Shown piece after piece: positions 1 to 12,246 of a stretch of DNA of 64,000 nt. The stretch covers positions 248,001 through 312,000 of the forward strand of contig MU008209.1 in assembly GCA_010909165.1 (NCBI GenBank), given 5' to 3'. Made by a program: the position numbers and the translations under genes. A model generated the notes under the pieces. It saw nothing but the letters and a program-made list of their open reading frames with translations. It searched no databases and was not told the origin of the DNA. Each line of letters starts with the position of its first letter. The stretch's first letter is position 1. The DNA comes from Anthoceros angustus. Taxonomy: Eukaryota; Plantae; Anthocerotophyta.

Positions 1-259
1 TTCAGCAACAAACTTAACACCGACATCAACCCAGCCATTTCTGATTTCCTACAACAACATCCCGCATAAGGGTAGCAGGTCATGCTTCGGCACCACACTC
101 AGGTTCACAACAACATCTTGCATGGGTCACAACATTTTCTTCAGAGACTCCGTCCTCCATCCCATTGGTAACAATGAAATGCAGAGAAGGCGTGCATGCG
201 GGGGCCATTCACATGAGAAGAGTCTGGGAGCCCACCTGATTTTGATATCTTGCTGAATT

Positions 260-363
260 GGTGTGGCACCTACGGGTTAGTGTAGCCCCATGTCCTCTTG
301 GTGTAGCACCTACGGGTCAGTGTAGCCCCATGTCCTCTTGGTGTGGCACCTACGGGTTAGTGT
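260..363. repeat. 40-bp tandem repeat, ~2.6 copies
   Basis: Unit ggtgtggcacctacgggttagtgtagccccatgtcctctt starts at 260, 300 and 340 (last copy partial). Confidence 0.9.
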
Positions 364-745
364 CCATGTTCTTTGCAAACGTTTGCCTTTTTTGAGTCTA
401 AGCTTCTTCCAGAATGTACAAAATCCTTGTTCTCCAGCCACCCGACCTCGAAATATGATGCATTGCCATCCCTCTAGCCAATCCATTCAGCTGTAAGAGA
501 GCTTGCCTCTGAGTTCAGTGTATACGCCTGAAATATCATGCTAACGGTACTCGCATCCAGACAATTTGAATCGAGTCAGTCGAGCTGAATTCACAGGGTG
601 TTTACCTCCAACGTTCAGGCTGAAAGCGCGTGAATAAGATGGCACTTGGAGCTACAAGTGATAGCAGGTTTTGTCATTTTCTTCACTGAAAACAGCCGGT
701 TCCCAACTAGACGCCTGTTAGCCTTCATTTACGGCTGAATCACAT

Positions 746-3700
746 TCACTTCGCCCTTTCTTGAGGCCTTTCTCGCCTGCGAATCCTTGGAGGTGAGTCA
801 TGAGACGCCTCATCTCCCTGGACACTGCGGTTGACATGGGCAGCTGAACTTGGAACCTCCAGCCCATCAAGCACACAGTTTTCATCCACCTTCCGGACCC
901 CTGCTCGCATTGCAGCAGTTGCCATCGCAGATGCCACATGACTTGCTGGAAACGCAAAGAAACTAGAGCTCCCAAACAATTTTGATCCCACTTCATTTTC
1001 AAACTCCCCAGAAGATTCTCTCGAGACAGCTACAGCATTTCCTTTCCTGTCATTGCCCCTTATAGACCTTGTGAGAGAGCACGATGCTGGTAACTCCCCG
1101 ACTGGAGAGATGTAACCCGAAGCATCCTGCATGGATCTAGAGGAACTCCCCGATGACCCAAATGATGGAGATTTTCCAAATCCTCCAGAGAATGATTGCC
1201 CTCTGAAGGAAGGACTTGAAACTCCAGAGAATGATTGCCCTCTCAAGGAAGGACTTGAAACTCCGTCTGCACCGTTCTCTGACTTCTTCGCTTGAAAGGT
1301 GAAACCCATCTGCCCCGAGAGGTTCAAAGGTTTCAAGCTTGGGAGATGGTCATCGGTAACCTGCTCCTTCTCCTTGCTGTTCTCCAAGAGTGGCTTTTCA
1401 CTGCCCTGCCTCTTCAACTCTTTCCTGCTGAGATTCTTAGACATCCTCTCACTGTTGGACCTCCTGCTTCTGGGCTGAGGGGTTACGAGCAGAAGGCGGG
1501 ACATGACATAAGCGAGCAGCTCCTCCCTGTGTGAGAAGGTGAAGTCCAGGTGTGCATACTCAAACTCCTCGTAAGAGGCCTGAACCCCACTTGCCTTCAA
1601 GGTGTGGTAGTGTTTCATGACCATGGACTTCGGAATCAGGCGGTCCTTCCTCCCTGCTACAACATCAACAGGGATATCTATCACACCATAGTTTGCACCA
1701 ATATCCAAAGGGTAGGGAGTGCCGTATGCCTCCATATTCGCAGCATCACTCCCAAAATCATACATGATAAACCGCTTGGTGCGCATCATCTGTGCCAGAT
1801 GGAGGGTCACATTGTAGGCTACACCTGGCATATCATCCATGTTGTAGTGAGACAGTCCAATTGCACCCACCCAATTTGAGCTATCACCTCCGACAAAGTA
1901 ACTCACAAAAATCTGCACCAATCCTCCTAATGCTGGATAATTCTGAAAATCTCTAGCTAGCTTGTTGAAAAGCATTCGGAAAAACTTGGTCGGGATATAA
2001 AAACCTGGGACAAACGGGCGCAATACAGGCTCTAGAATAGGAAGAGCGTATTGCAAAATTGTACAGGAAGGTGGCGCATTCTCATGAAAGCCTGCAGGGG
2101 ATAGGAGAATGAGTCTGGATAGACGATGTGGCTTCCCTTCTAAACGTCTTGTCACTACATACATCAATAAAGCAGCTCCACCAAGACTGTGAGCTACGGC
2201 ACACAGTTTATAAGGTTGATCCTCCTCAGCAGAACTGGCTGCAGCTTCCACCCTGTCAGAGTTTGTCTCCAGCTGTTGCAGTTCAGATTTCTTGATCTCG
2301 TGGATTCTGTTGATCATGGAAGGGATGTCAAACGTACCATGCTCATTGATGGAGTATCTCCAATATCTGCAAACATAGGAACGTCAATGATCATCTATGC
2401 CTCAATCCGGAACGACAAGTGCCGTCCTCAGCATATTCGGAGGAACAAGTGCAGAATCATACTGCTTTCTCACCTCTGCGGTGAAATGTGCTTATTCACG
2501 TGCTCCCTCGATGCCAGACCACGCAGGTTTCCGAGATATACATCATATCCTGCAAACCACCTCACCTTCCAGCCTAAAGTGAGAAGCAAGGCAACAATGG
2601 CGTGCTGTTTGCACAGAAGAAAACAGGTCAGCCTGATACCTTGGTCATAGGCCGCAAAAGCTTGTGAACCAACAACTCCATTCGAAACCCATCTACATGA
2701 GGGGAAAAGGATCATCACAAACCAGACTGAAGTGCAAACAGCAAAGCTTCCAGAGGGCTCTGCAGCATGCTTGAATCGCACGAACATGGAACCAAAAACA
2801 CATACCCCAACGACGAATCCAACAAACCATGTTGCAAATATAAAGCTTTCCGTGACTGCCGCCTGCAGCAAGAACTCGGAGTCAGCGTCCGCAATCCTGC
2901 TTCAGCAGGCTTTACATGTAAGAAAAACGCACTAAAACACTGCAGTCGTTCACAATATCAAAACTCGCCTCGGAATCCTCTCAAGCAGCAAGACATGTCC
3001 ATCAGGAGTTGTGACCCGCAGAGCTTCGTAAGGATACCTGAAAATCCAGCACGTTCCACACAAGATGAGAACAACCACGTCAAGACGAGGGCAAGGATGG
3101 AAACGGCGTCGGCAACGCACCCAAGGTTGGTGATGACGTCTTCACAAGTCCGAGCATCCGTGTTCAAGGACTGGTTCGATTGGTATCTTCCACTGGGAGC
3201 AGGATCCGCATCCCCCAGAGTAGCAGCAGGCACCAGGTCTCGCCCACCAGGATACTCGCTGTCCCCGAAAACAATCTTCCTCACGACCAGCTTCAGGGTT
3301 TCCAGCGGCGAGAATACAGGATAGAACATGACCCGCACCACATCGAAAACCTTCTCGATCGACAGCTCAATCAGCAGCTGCAGATCCTGCACCACAACAA
3401 ACCCATCAGACCCGGCGGCAGGGAGGAAAACGCCACAACCACAAAGACCCCCCAAGACACCAACCTCGATGACTCCTCGCCGCCGGTTGGGAGCATCGTG
3501 GCCCCCGAAATCCTTGATGCTGCTGTTGTGCCGGCTGAGGAAGTACATCTTGTTCAAACTCTGCGCGCTGCTGGACCGGCTGTGCATCCTGCTCCCAGCT
3601 CTGGACGGCCCCGTAACCCCAAACAGCCAGCGCAGCGGCCACGTGAGGAAGCGCAGCATGCAGCGCAGCCACCAGAAGAAGTGCACATTCTTGTCGTGCC

Positions 3701-4342
3701 GGGAGGCGGCCCCGCCGCTGCGGCGCGAGGAAATCGAGCAGGGCGAGGAGGGCGGAATGCTACTGTCGTCGTCCTCCACCCCGGACGAGGCGCAGTCCGA
3801 GTCCGCATCCAATTCGTCATCCGTCTCGTACTCGTCGATGAACTGGTTGAAGGACGACACTCCTCTGCACGCCAACCCGATTCCTCCATCACCACACCGG
3901 CATTCCGCTCCCCACAATCACCAACTCACCACAACCCAACAAAACCCACCACACCGCACCGCAACCCAACAAAACCCAAGACCAAGACCAAGAACCCAGA
4001 ATCCATACTCTTCCATCCACCGAGGCAGCCTGGGCGGCCGGAAGGTAGGCCTCAGCTCCCACCCCTGCACGCCCTCCATGACCGAGGTCCTTCCGGGCAG
4101 CACCGCCAGCAGCAATGCAGAGAAGCCATTGATGAGCTTCACCGCGTTGTTGAAGCTCTCCTGCGTGATGGTCTTGATGGACCTGGCCACAACCCGAGCG
4201 GAAGCAGATCAGAAGCTTCGCCATTGCAGCGCAATTGCACGGCCACGATCCAAATCCAGCGCAACCCGACCCGGCCCGGCCCGGCCCGTGTCACTCACTC
4301 TTTGGCAATGCCAAGCACGTTGTCCACAACCCGCTGCATCAT
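746..4342 (-). CDS. Multi-exon alpha/beta-hydrolase (triacylglycerol lipase-like; similar to the Arabidopsis At1g18460/At1g73920 family)
   Basis: Exons join to MMQRVVDNVLGIAKE|SIKTITQESFNNAVKLING...WELRPTFRPPRLPRWMEE|GVSSFNQF. The last exon has the AHSLG nucleophile elbow, RKDRLI (Asp) and AHLDF (His). First introns have GT-AG borders (donor at 4298). Confidence 0.88.
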
Positions 4343-4864
4343 CGCATGGCGCAAGGAGCCGGTCACAGAGCAAAGCAGCAGCTGCTCCTGCTGCTTCTGC
4401 GCATCGCGCCACACAATGCGGTCGAGGACGACGGAATTGGCCCACACACCCCCCCTCCTCCGCCCCGATCGTGACGACGAATCGCCCACCAAACACACAA
4501 AAACCAACACAAGGGCCGCCTCAGCGGCAGCGTAGCGCACACAGGCACTAATAGTCTCCTAAGAAGCCACGGCCCCGGCCTGGTCCCGTGCGCCCCCGGC
4601 CCGCCCCGGCCCGACGTGTCCTCCAACTGGGATAACCACAATTGCCGGCCACGTAAGGCCGTCTGACATACTTTATCCGGCTGACTTCCATGCGGCCGTG
4701 ACCTCGACCCGCCACGCTGCCCCTCCTACCGCATCCTTTGCCTGGATTGATTTTCATCTTTGAACTAAGAAATAAACCTTCATAATTTCACTCAAACAGC
4801 AGGATATTGCTCGATGCATCTTCAAAATCACACCACGTTGGTTGCCCGATCAAAATTACACACG

Positions 4865-5160
4865 AGGAAGAAGAGAATAGAAGAGGAAGACAAGAGGAAG
4901 AAAAGAGGAAGAAGAGAATAAGAGAAAAGAGGAAGAAGAGAATAAGAGAAAAGAGGAAGAAGAGAATAAGAGAAAAGAGGAGAAGAGAATAAGAGAAAAG
5001 AGGAGAAGAGAAGAGGAGAAGAGAAGAGGAGAAGAGGAGAAGAGGAGAAGAGGAGAAGAGGAGAAGAGAAAAGGAGACGAGAAGAGGAGACGAGAAGAAG
5101 AGAAGAGAAGAGAAGAGAAGAGAAGAAAATAAAAGAGACGAGACGAGACGAGAAGAGAGA
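4865..5160 (+). repeat. ~300-bp polypurine (GA-rich) tract
   Basis: Almost only A/G. Contains 24-bp aagaggaagaagagaataagagaa units, then (AGAAG)n and (GAGAC)n. Confidence 0.95.
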
Positions 5161-5778
5161 CGTCACGTTTCATGATTCTAGGGTTTTGGTAGCGTTTTGT
5201 TGGAGACTTGTGGAAGTTGCGGAGGACACGACATGGCTAAGGCGTCACGACGCGAGCGGGAGTGGAGCGTGAAGTTGGTGGCTGATGGCACTGGGAGAGG
5301 AGGCGTGGCCGTGGGGACATGGAAGGGGCCAATGGGGGGAAGGCACGGTTTGAGGCTCGATCTGGAAAGCGGCCATTTAGGCTCTATCTGGTTGGGCGGA
5401 GGGGAAGTGGGGACGGAATTGGCGGAGGGGTTAGCGGGCTGATGCACCAATCGCAGGGCGTCGTCTTGTCCGACGCTGTGCAGCAGTGTCGTGTGTCATG
5501 TCGTGTCTCCCGTTTCCGAGACACCCGAATTCTGGACTGGACTGTGTGTAGATAAGGCTTGCGCACGCTTCCCAACTGCCCTGTTTCTGTTTCCGAGTTG
5601 TTTGCGGCATTCCGAATTGGGAGTCCGTGCCCTGTCCGACGATGCCTGCAGCCGCCCAAGTCCCCAGGCGGCTCTTGGCCAGCCAGCCCAATCCGTTTCC
5701 GTGCTGGGCAGATACGGGCGTTCTTTACTGTGTTCTTCTGCTACACCAGGTTCGCTGCCTCCACACACCTCCGATGAA

Positions 5779-5996
5779 CTGCCTTGATGTACGTGGGCAT
5801 GTCGTGGGGTGACCTCAGGACAGTGGTCAATGTTGGCTGCCTCCATGGACCTCTCGTAGGCTGCCTTGGTGTGCATGGATATGTCATGGGGTGAATCCGG
5901 GTCAATGTTGGCTGCCTCCATGGACCTCTCGTAGCCTGCCTTGATGTGCATGGATATGTCACGGGGTGAATCCGGGTCAATGTTGGCTGCCCCCAT
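5779..5996. repeat. 75-bp tandem repeat (~3 copies) plus a degenerate copy near 6085-6140
   Basis: ggtcaatgttggctgcc recurs at 5825, 5900 and 5975. Confidence 0.9.
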
Positions 5997-6201
5997 CACC
6001 CTCACTCCTCCACGAGGAAGAAGAAGAATATATTACACCTCCTGGACGTTGCCTTGCACTACGTAAATATGCTATAGGTTAACCTGGGTCAAATGTTGGT
6101 TGGCTGCCTCCATGGACCTCCAATACGAGACCTTGATGAACGTACATAGATGTGGAGCCTGCCGGTGGGGTGTTGGTTCCTTCCTGTCGGTCTATACTAG
6201 T

Positions 6202-6208
6202 TATATAA
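6202..6208 (+). promoter_or_regulatory. TATA-like element ~35 nt upstream of the tRNA
   Basis: TATATAA at -38 to -32 relative to the tRNA; a position typical of plant tRNA genes. Confidence 0.45.
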
Positions 6209-6239
6209 ATTTTTTACAACCACATCTGTTGACATGAAG

Positions 6240-6313
6240 GACCGCATAGCGCAGTGGATTAGCGCGTTGGACTTCGGATCCAAAGGTCGTGGGTTCGAAT
6301 CCCATTGTGGTCG
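6240..6313 (+). tRNA. trnR-UCG: tRNA-Arg, anticodon TCG
   Basis: Acceptor stem GACCGCA/TGTGGTC, anticodon arm TTGGA-CT-TCG-GA-TCCAA, T-loop GGTTCGAATCC, A-box TAGCGCAGTGG. Confidence 0.97.
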
Positions 6314-6325
6314 ATGCTTATTGTG

Positions 6326-6329
6326 TTTT
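6326..6329 (+). terminator. Putative Pol III T-run terminator of the tRNA
   Basis: TTTT 12 nt after the tRNA 3' end. Confidence 0.5.
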
Positions 6330-6444
6330 GTCCGTCAAAATCTTTGATTGTTGTTTTGGTCGTAATACGTTAGAATAAAAAGAGAATATTTTTATCTTAA
6401 ATATTTTTTATGCCCTGTACCTTTTTCCTAGTGCATTAGTGCTG

Positions 6445-6900
6445 TGGGAAGAAAAGAAAAAGAACTCTATTCAAGTCCACTAAGGACGAATTTCCATCAT
6501 GGGACTTGGTACTTAACAACCTGTACCATGGTGTGGGAAGAAGAAGAACAAGAACTCTATTTAAGTCCACTAAGGACGGATGGGAAGAAGAAGAAAAAGA
6601 ACTCTATTTAAGTCCACTAAGGATGGATTTCCATCATGGGACTTGGTACATGGTGTGGGAAGAAGAAGAACAAGAACTCTATTTAAGTCCACTAAGGACG
6701 GATGGGAAGAAGAAGAAAAAGAACTCTATTTAAGTCCACTAAGGATGGATTTCCATCATGGGACTTGGTACGTAACACCTTGTACCATGGTGTGCATAAG
6801 CTACTTGTAGAAGAAGAAGAAGAAGAAAGAATTTTATTTAAGTTTACTAAGGACGGATTTCCGTATGGGACTTGATACTTAACAACTTGTACCATGATGT
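6445..6900. repeat. Higher-order repeat array: ~45-bp core with alternating short and long linkers (47+75 = 122-bp period)
   Basis: Core tgggaagaagaagaa(c/a)aagaactctatttaagtccactaagga at 6534, 6581, 6656 and 6703, with degenerate flanking copies at ~6445 and ~6805. Repeated again at ~8450-8825. Confidence 0.9.
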
Positions 6901-9900
6901 GCCTAAGCTATACTTGCACCAAGGGCATCCACTCCCTTCAAGCACCCCATCTAAGTACCGATCTAATCTAAGCTCAGGATGCTTAATCACGAGGTTCTTA
7001 TAAAGGTGTGTCCATTTGGCCTAAGCCATTTGGACACACCTCAAAGGAGGGAAGGGGTCCTGCTCACTACCTTATTTTAGGAGGACCATGGAAGAAGACG
7101 GAGAACTCCTCTCAATCACCCCTTCCACCGCAAGTCACCAAGATCTCAAGTTTCTCAACCAAGCCAAAGTCGAAGTGCGTTACAAAGTCTTCCCCCTAAA
7201 TCCCTCGACGATAAAAAAATCGTTGTTGTTGTCGAGAAGTGATATCCACACATGGGTTCATTGAATCTCCACACCCCCTAAATGCCTCGACGATAAAAAA
7301 TTCATTGTTGTTGTTGAGGAGTGACATCCAGACATGGGTTCATGGAAACTCCATTCATTGAAATTCCACAGTTAAGCGTTGTCCAGCTAGATTGATCCAG
7401 ATTGGGTGCCCAACTTCATAGTCTTATGGGGTTGGGTGCCCAACTTCATAGTCTTATGGGGCTGCCAGTAATAAGCATCCAGTGGAGTGACATCCAGACA
7501 TGGTTCATTGGTCTTCGTCTCCCCCAAGTGCGGGGCCGCAAGTTGTTAGTGCCCCAACTACATTCTTCCTGACGAGTGCAGGGCCTGGCTGTTGGTGCCC
7601 CTACTACATTCTTCATGTGGATTGATTCGGATGGGGTGCCATCCATCTTCCAGCTTCATAGTCCTACAGGGCTGCCAGTATAAGCATCCGCCTTCGTCTC
7701 CCCTGTGCGCCAGTTATTAGTGCCACCTAGTTACTCCGGTTCAAATCCCAGTGCAGGACTTCGCTGGAAAAGTTGGTTACAAAGAAGTGTAAGCTGGGGT
7801 GGAAGCTTGTCGAATTCGACTGAGTGTCCAAAATGCCTCTTGACGAAATGTCATGCATGGTTAACGAGAAAACCATATGTGAGAAAGCCCTACCAACCAA
7901 CACAAGACCTGGATGCTGCACTCGTCGAACTGGAAGACCGCATGCGGTGTTGCATGGAGCTCTCAAGCATCAGGCTCCCGCATACCTACGCACAACTCCG
8001 GCCCAACCTCAGGTGCAAGTCATAGCATTTCCCGACCTTGCAGGAACGCTTCCGCTACTGAGGTAGGGCATGTTCCGGCTTCCACTGAAGACAACGCCAA
8101 AACCAGGCATCGTAGGCTCCAGCTTAGACTGCAAGCTAGGATACTTGCTTCTGGCGTCGCGTACAGCAAACCACAACACCTTTTTCTCCATCTTTCCACA
8201 CCGCGGTGAAGAGGTTGAAGAGACTCAAGGATCCACCTTCTCTGCCGAAATGCTTCCACCTGGTGCTGTCAGCATGACCTGCCTCCAAACCCCAGTCCGC
8301 CAGCTCCCGGCCTCCTCGCTTTCAGGCATCACAGTAAGCATGTTGAAGGACATGAAGGTAGTGTGAGAAAGCTGCAAGCGAGGACAAAACAATCTATGTC
8401 AGAGTGGTCCATAGGTTTTACCATTTGACAGGTCTCTCAACAGCTTCAACTGTACCATGGTGTGGGAAGAAGAAGAACAAGAACTCTATTTAAGTCCACT
8501 AAGGACGGATGGGAAGAAGAAGAAAAGAACTCTATTTAAGTCCACTAAGGATGGATTTCCATCATGGGACTTGGTACATGGTGTGGGAAGAAGAAGAACA
8601 AGAACTCTATTTAAGTCCACTAAGGACGGATGGGAAGAAGAAGAAAAGAACTCTATTTAAGTCCACTAAGGATGGATTTCCATCATGGGACTTGGTACGT
8701 AACACCTTGTACCATGGTGTGCATAAGCTACTTGTAGAAGAAGAAGAAGAAGAAAGAATTTTATTTAAGTTTACTAAGGACGGATTTCCGTATGGGACTT
8801 GATACTTAACAACTTGTACCATGATGTGCCTAAGCTATACTTGCACCAAGGGCATCCACTCCCTTCAAGCACCCCATCTAAGTACCGATCTAATCTAAGC
8901 TCAGGATGCTTAATCACGAGGTTCTTATAAAGGTGTGTCCATTTGGCCTAAGCCATTTGGACACACCTCAAAGGAGGGAAGGGGTCCTGCTCACTACCTT
9001 ATTTTAGGAGGACCATGGAAGAAGACGGAGAACTCCTCTCAATCACCCCTTCCACCGCAAGTCACCAAGATCTCAAGTTTCTCAAGCCAAAGTCGAAGTG
9101 CGTTACAAAGTCTTCCCCTAAATCCCTCGACGATAAAAAATCGTTGTTGTTGTCGAAGTGATATCCACACATGGTTCATTGAATCTCCACACCCCTAAAT
9201 GCCTCGACGATAAAAATTCATTGTTGTTGTTGAGGAGTGACATCCAGACATGGTTCATGGAAACTCCATTCATTGAAATTCCACAGTTAAGCGTTGTCCA
9301 GCTAGATTGATCCAGATTGGGTGCCCAACTTCATAGTCTTATGGGGTTGGGTGCCCAACTTCATAGTCTTATGGGGCTGCCAGTAATAAGCATCCAGTGG
9401 AGTGACATCCAGACATGGTTCATTGGTCTTCGTCTCCCCCAAGTGCGGGGCCGCAAGTTGTTAGTGCCCCAACTACATTCTTCCTGACGAGTGCGGGGCC
9501 GCAAGCTGTTGGTGCCCCCTACTACATTCTTCATGTGGATTGATTCGGATGGGGTGCCATCCATCTTCCAGCTTCATAGTCCTACGGGGCTGCCAGTATA
9601 AGCATCCCGCCTTCGTCTCCCCCGAGTGCGGGGCCGCCAGTTGTTAGTGCCACCTACGGGGTTACTCCGGTTCAAATCCCAGTGCAGGACTTCGCTGGAA
9701 AAGTTGGTTACAAAGAAGTGTAAGCTGGGGTGGAAGCTTGTCGAATTCGACTGAGTGTCCAAAATGCCTCTTGACGAAATGTCATGCATGGTTAACGAGA
9801 AAACCATATGTGAGAAAGCCCTACCAACCAACACAAGACCTGGATGCTGCACTCGTCGAACTGGAAGACCGCATGCGGTGTTGCATGGAGCTCTCAAGCA

Positions 9901-10380
9901 TCAGGCTCCCGCATACCTACGCACAACTCCGGCCCAACCTCAGGTGCAAGTCATAGCATTTCCCGACCTTGCAGGAACGCTTCCGCTACTGAGGTAGGGC
10001 ATGTTCCGGCTTCCACTGAAGACAACGCCAAAACCAGGCATCGTAGGCTCCAGCTTAGACTGCAAGCTAGGATACTTGCTTCTGGCGTCGCGTACAGCAA
10101 ACCACAACACCTTTTTCTCCATCTTTCCACACCGCGGTGAAGAGGTTGAAGAGACTCAAGGATCCACCTTCTCTGCCGAAATGCTTCCACCTGGTGCTGT
10201 CAGCATGACCTGCCTCCAAACCCCGGTCCGCCAGCTCCCGGCCTCCTCGCTTTCAGGCATCACAGTAAGCATGTTGAAGGACATGAAGGTAGTGTGAGAA
10301 AGCTGCAAGCGAGGACAAAACAATCTATGTCAGAGTGGTCCATAGGTTTTACCATTTGACAGGTCTCTCAACAGCTTCAA
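6521..10380. repeat. Tandem duplication A: 6521-8449 and 8450-10380 (~1.93 kb)
   Basis: Near-identical copies; junction at shared ctgt; differences are mostly small indels. Confidence 0.95.
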
Positions 10381-11099
10381 CTGTGACTGCCAGTGGCCGG
10401 ATCTGGTAACTGCAATCTCTGAAAACGACCTGCTCGCTTCGCTTGCTCGATCAGCTCTAATGGTTGATTTCGATTATCTTTATCTTCACACTCTTTCCTG
10501 AATCTTGTTGAAGGATGCCTGTTGGACTTCATTCATGTCCCAGTATGTCATGCTTAGAACGTTGCAAATCAGATCGTGTTTCCTTTGCTTTGACAGGTCT
10601 CTCAAGAGCTTCAACTGTTACTGTAATCCCTGAAACTACCTGGTTGTTTTGCTTGATCTATCAGCTGTAATGCTTGAGGCCAATTAGCTCATGTTCACAC
10701 TTTGTTCTCGACCTCGTTGAAGGAAGCTTGTGGATTTCCTTCATGTCGTGCTTAGAACGTCGCTGATGAGATCGTGTTTCCTTCAGAACTAGTCATGGTC
10801 TGGCATACATTGTGCAGGATTGAAGCTCCAGGAAGTGCGAAACGGTTGCGCACCGCAGGAGTACAGGAATTGTCGACCCCGAAGCGAATCGGGCGAGATG
10901 GTATGCCTAACGTTAGGTCGAGCATTTTGGTTATGCTGGATGAATTCACGGCGCAGCCGTGAAAACCCTAAACCCTGAGGTTTGTCTTTGTCGTGCATTG
11001 CGAACTACCAGTGTGTTATTCTGTGAGAGCTGCTGAGCAGATTGAGCGATCGATCATCGAGGCGTGCCTGCTCCTTCGGCGCAGGCAGCGCGTCTCAAC

Positions 11100-11394
11100 A
11101 TGCTTCGAGCTGCAGTTCCTTCTATGGCCTCCAAGCTTGGCGGCCTCGCAGGTTTGAGCAAGAATGTGGTGAGCTCATTCCGCCTCCTGAGGGCCTCCAG
11201 CCGCCTCTTCTCCGCTGCTGACAACAGCTATCCCCGCCGCCATATTCATCTTACGACGACCAGCGTCAGCAGCAGCAGCAGCCGCAACAGCAGCATCAGC
11301 AGCCGCAACAGCAGCAGCCGCAGCAGCAGCAACAGCAACAGCAGCAGCAGCCTCAGGAGCAGCAGCAGCCTCCGTCTCAGCAGCAACAGCCGCA
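11100..11394 (+). pseudogene. Truncated duplicate of the 5' end of the PDF-motif gene
   Basis: MLRAAVPSMASKLGGLAGLSKNVVSSFRLLRASSRLFS followed by CAG-rich sequence, cut at the duplication B junction. Confidence 0.75.
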
Positions 11395-12109
11395 GCCTCC
11401 TCGCTTTCAGGCATCACAGTAAGCATGTTGAAGGACATGAAGGTAGTGTGAGAAAGCTGCAAGCGAGGACAAAACAATCTATGTCAGAGTGGTCCATAGG
11501 TTTTACCATTTGACAGGTCTCTCAACAGCTTCAACTGTGACTGCCAGTGGCCGGATCTGGTAACTGCAATCTCTGAAAACGACCTGCTCGCTTCGCTTGC
11601 TCGATCAGCTCTAATGGTTGATTTCGATTATCTTTATCTTCACACTCTTTCCTGAATCTTGTTGAAGGATGCCTGTTGGACTTCATTCATGTCCCAGTAT
11701 GTCATGCTTAGAACGTTGCAAATCAGATCGTGTTTCCTTTGCTTTGACAGGTCTCTCAAGAGCTTCAACTGTTACTGTAATCCTGAAACTACCTGGTTGT
11801 TTTGCTTGATCTATCAGCTGTAATGCTTGAGGCCAATTAGCTCATGTTCACACTTTGTTCTCGACCTCGTTGAAGGAAGCTTGTGGATTTCCTTCATGTC
11901 GTTAGAACGTCGCTGATGAGATCGTGTTTCCTTCAGAACTAGTCATGGTCTGGCATACATTGTGCAGGATTGAAGCTCCAGGAAGTGCAAACAGTTGCGC
12001 ACCGCAGGAGTACAGGAATTATCGACCCAAGCGAATCGGGCGAGATGGTATGCCTAACGTTAGGTCGAGCATTTTGGTTATGCTGGATGAATTCACGGCG
12101 CAGCCGTGA

Positions 12110-12123
12110 AAACCCTAAACCCT
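12110..12123 (+). promoter_or_regulatory. Tandem telo-box (AAACCCTA-AACCCT) upstream of the PDF-motif gene
   Basis: aaaccctaaaccct ~125 nt before the ATG; duplicate near 10962. Confidence 0.6.
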
Positions 12124-12246
12124 GAGGTTTGTCTTTGTCGTGCATTGCGAACTACCAGTGTGTTATTCTGTGAGAGCTGCTGAGCAGATTGAGCGATCGA
12201 TCATCGAGGCGTGCCTGCTCCTTCGGCGCAGGCAGCGCGTCTCAAC

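Noticed and set aside
1-260. Possible exon of a gene leaving the window (minus strand, EIRNGWVDVGVKFVAE)
   Set aside because: Too short to identify or support.
4807-5173. Leu/Ser/Phe-rich or Arg/Lys/Glu-rich ORFs
   Set aside because: Translations of the polypurine tract.
6445-6900. CRISPR-like array (direct repeats after an AT-rich leader)
   Set aside because: The linkers are two recurring sequences, not unique spacers; there are no cas genes; the context is eukaryotic.
12110-12123. Interstitial telomere array
   Set aside because: Only about two units, in a promoter position; better read as a telo-box.
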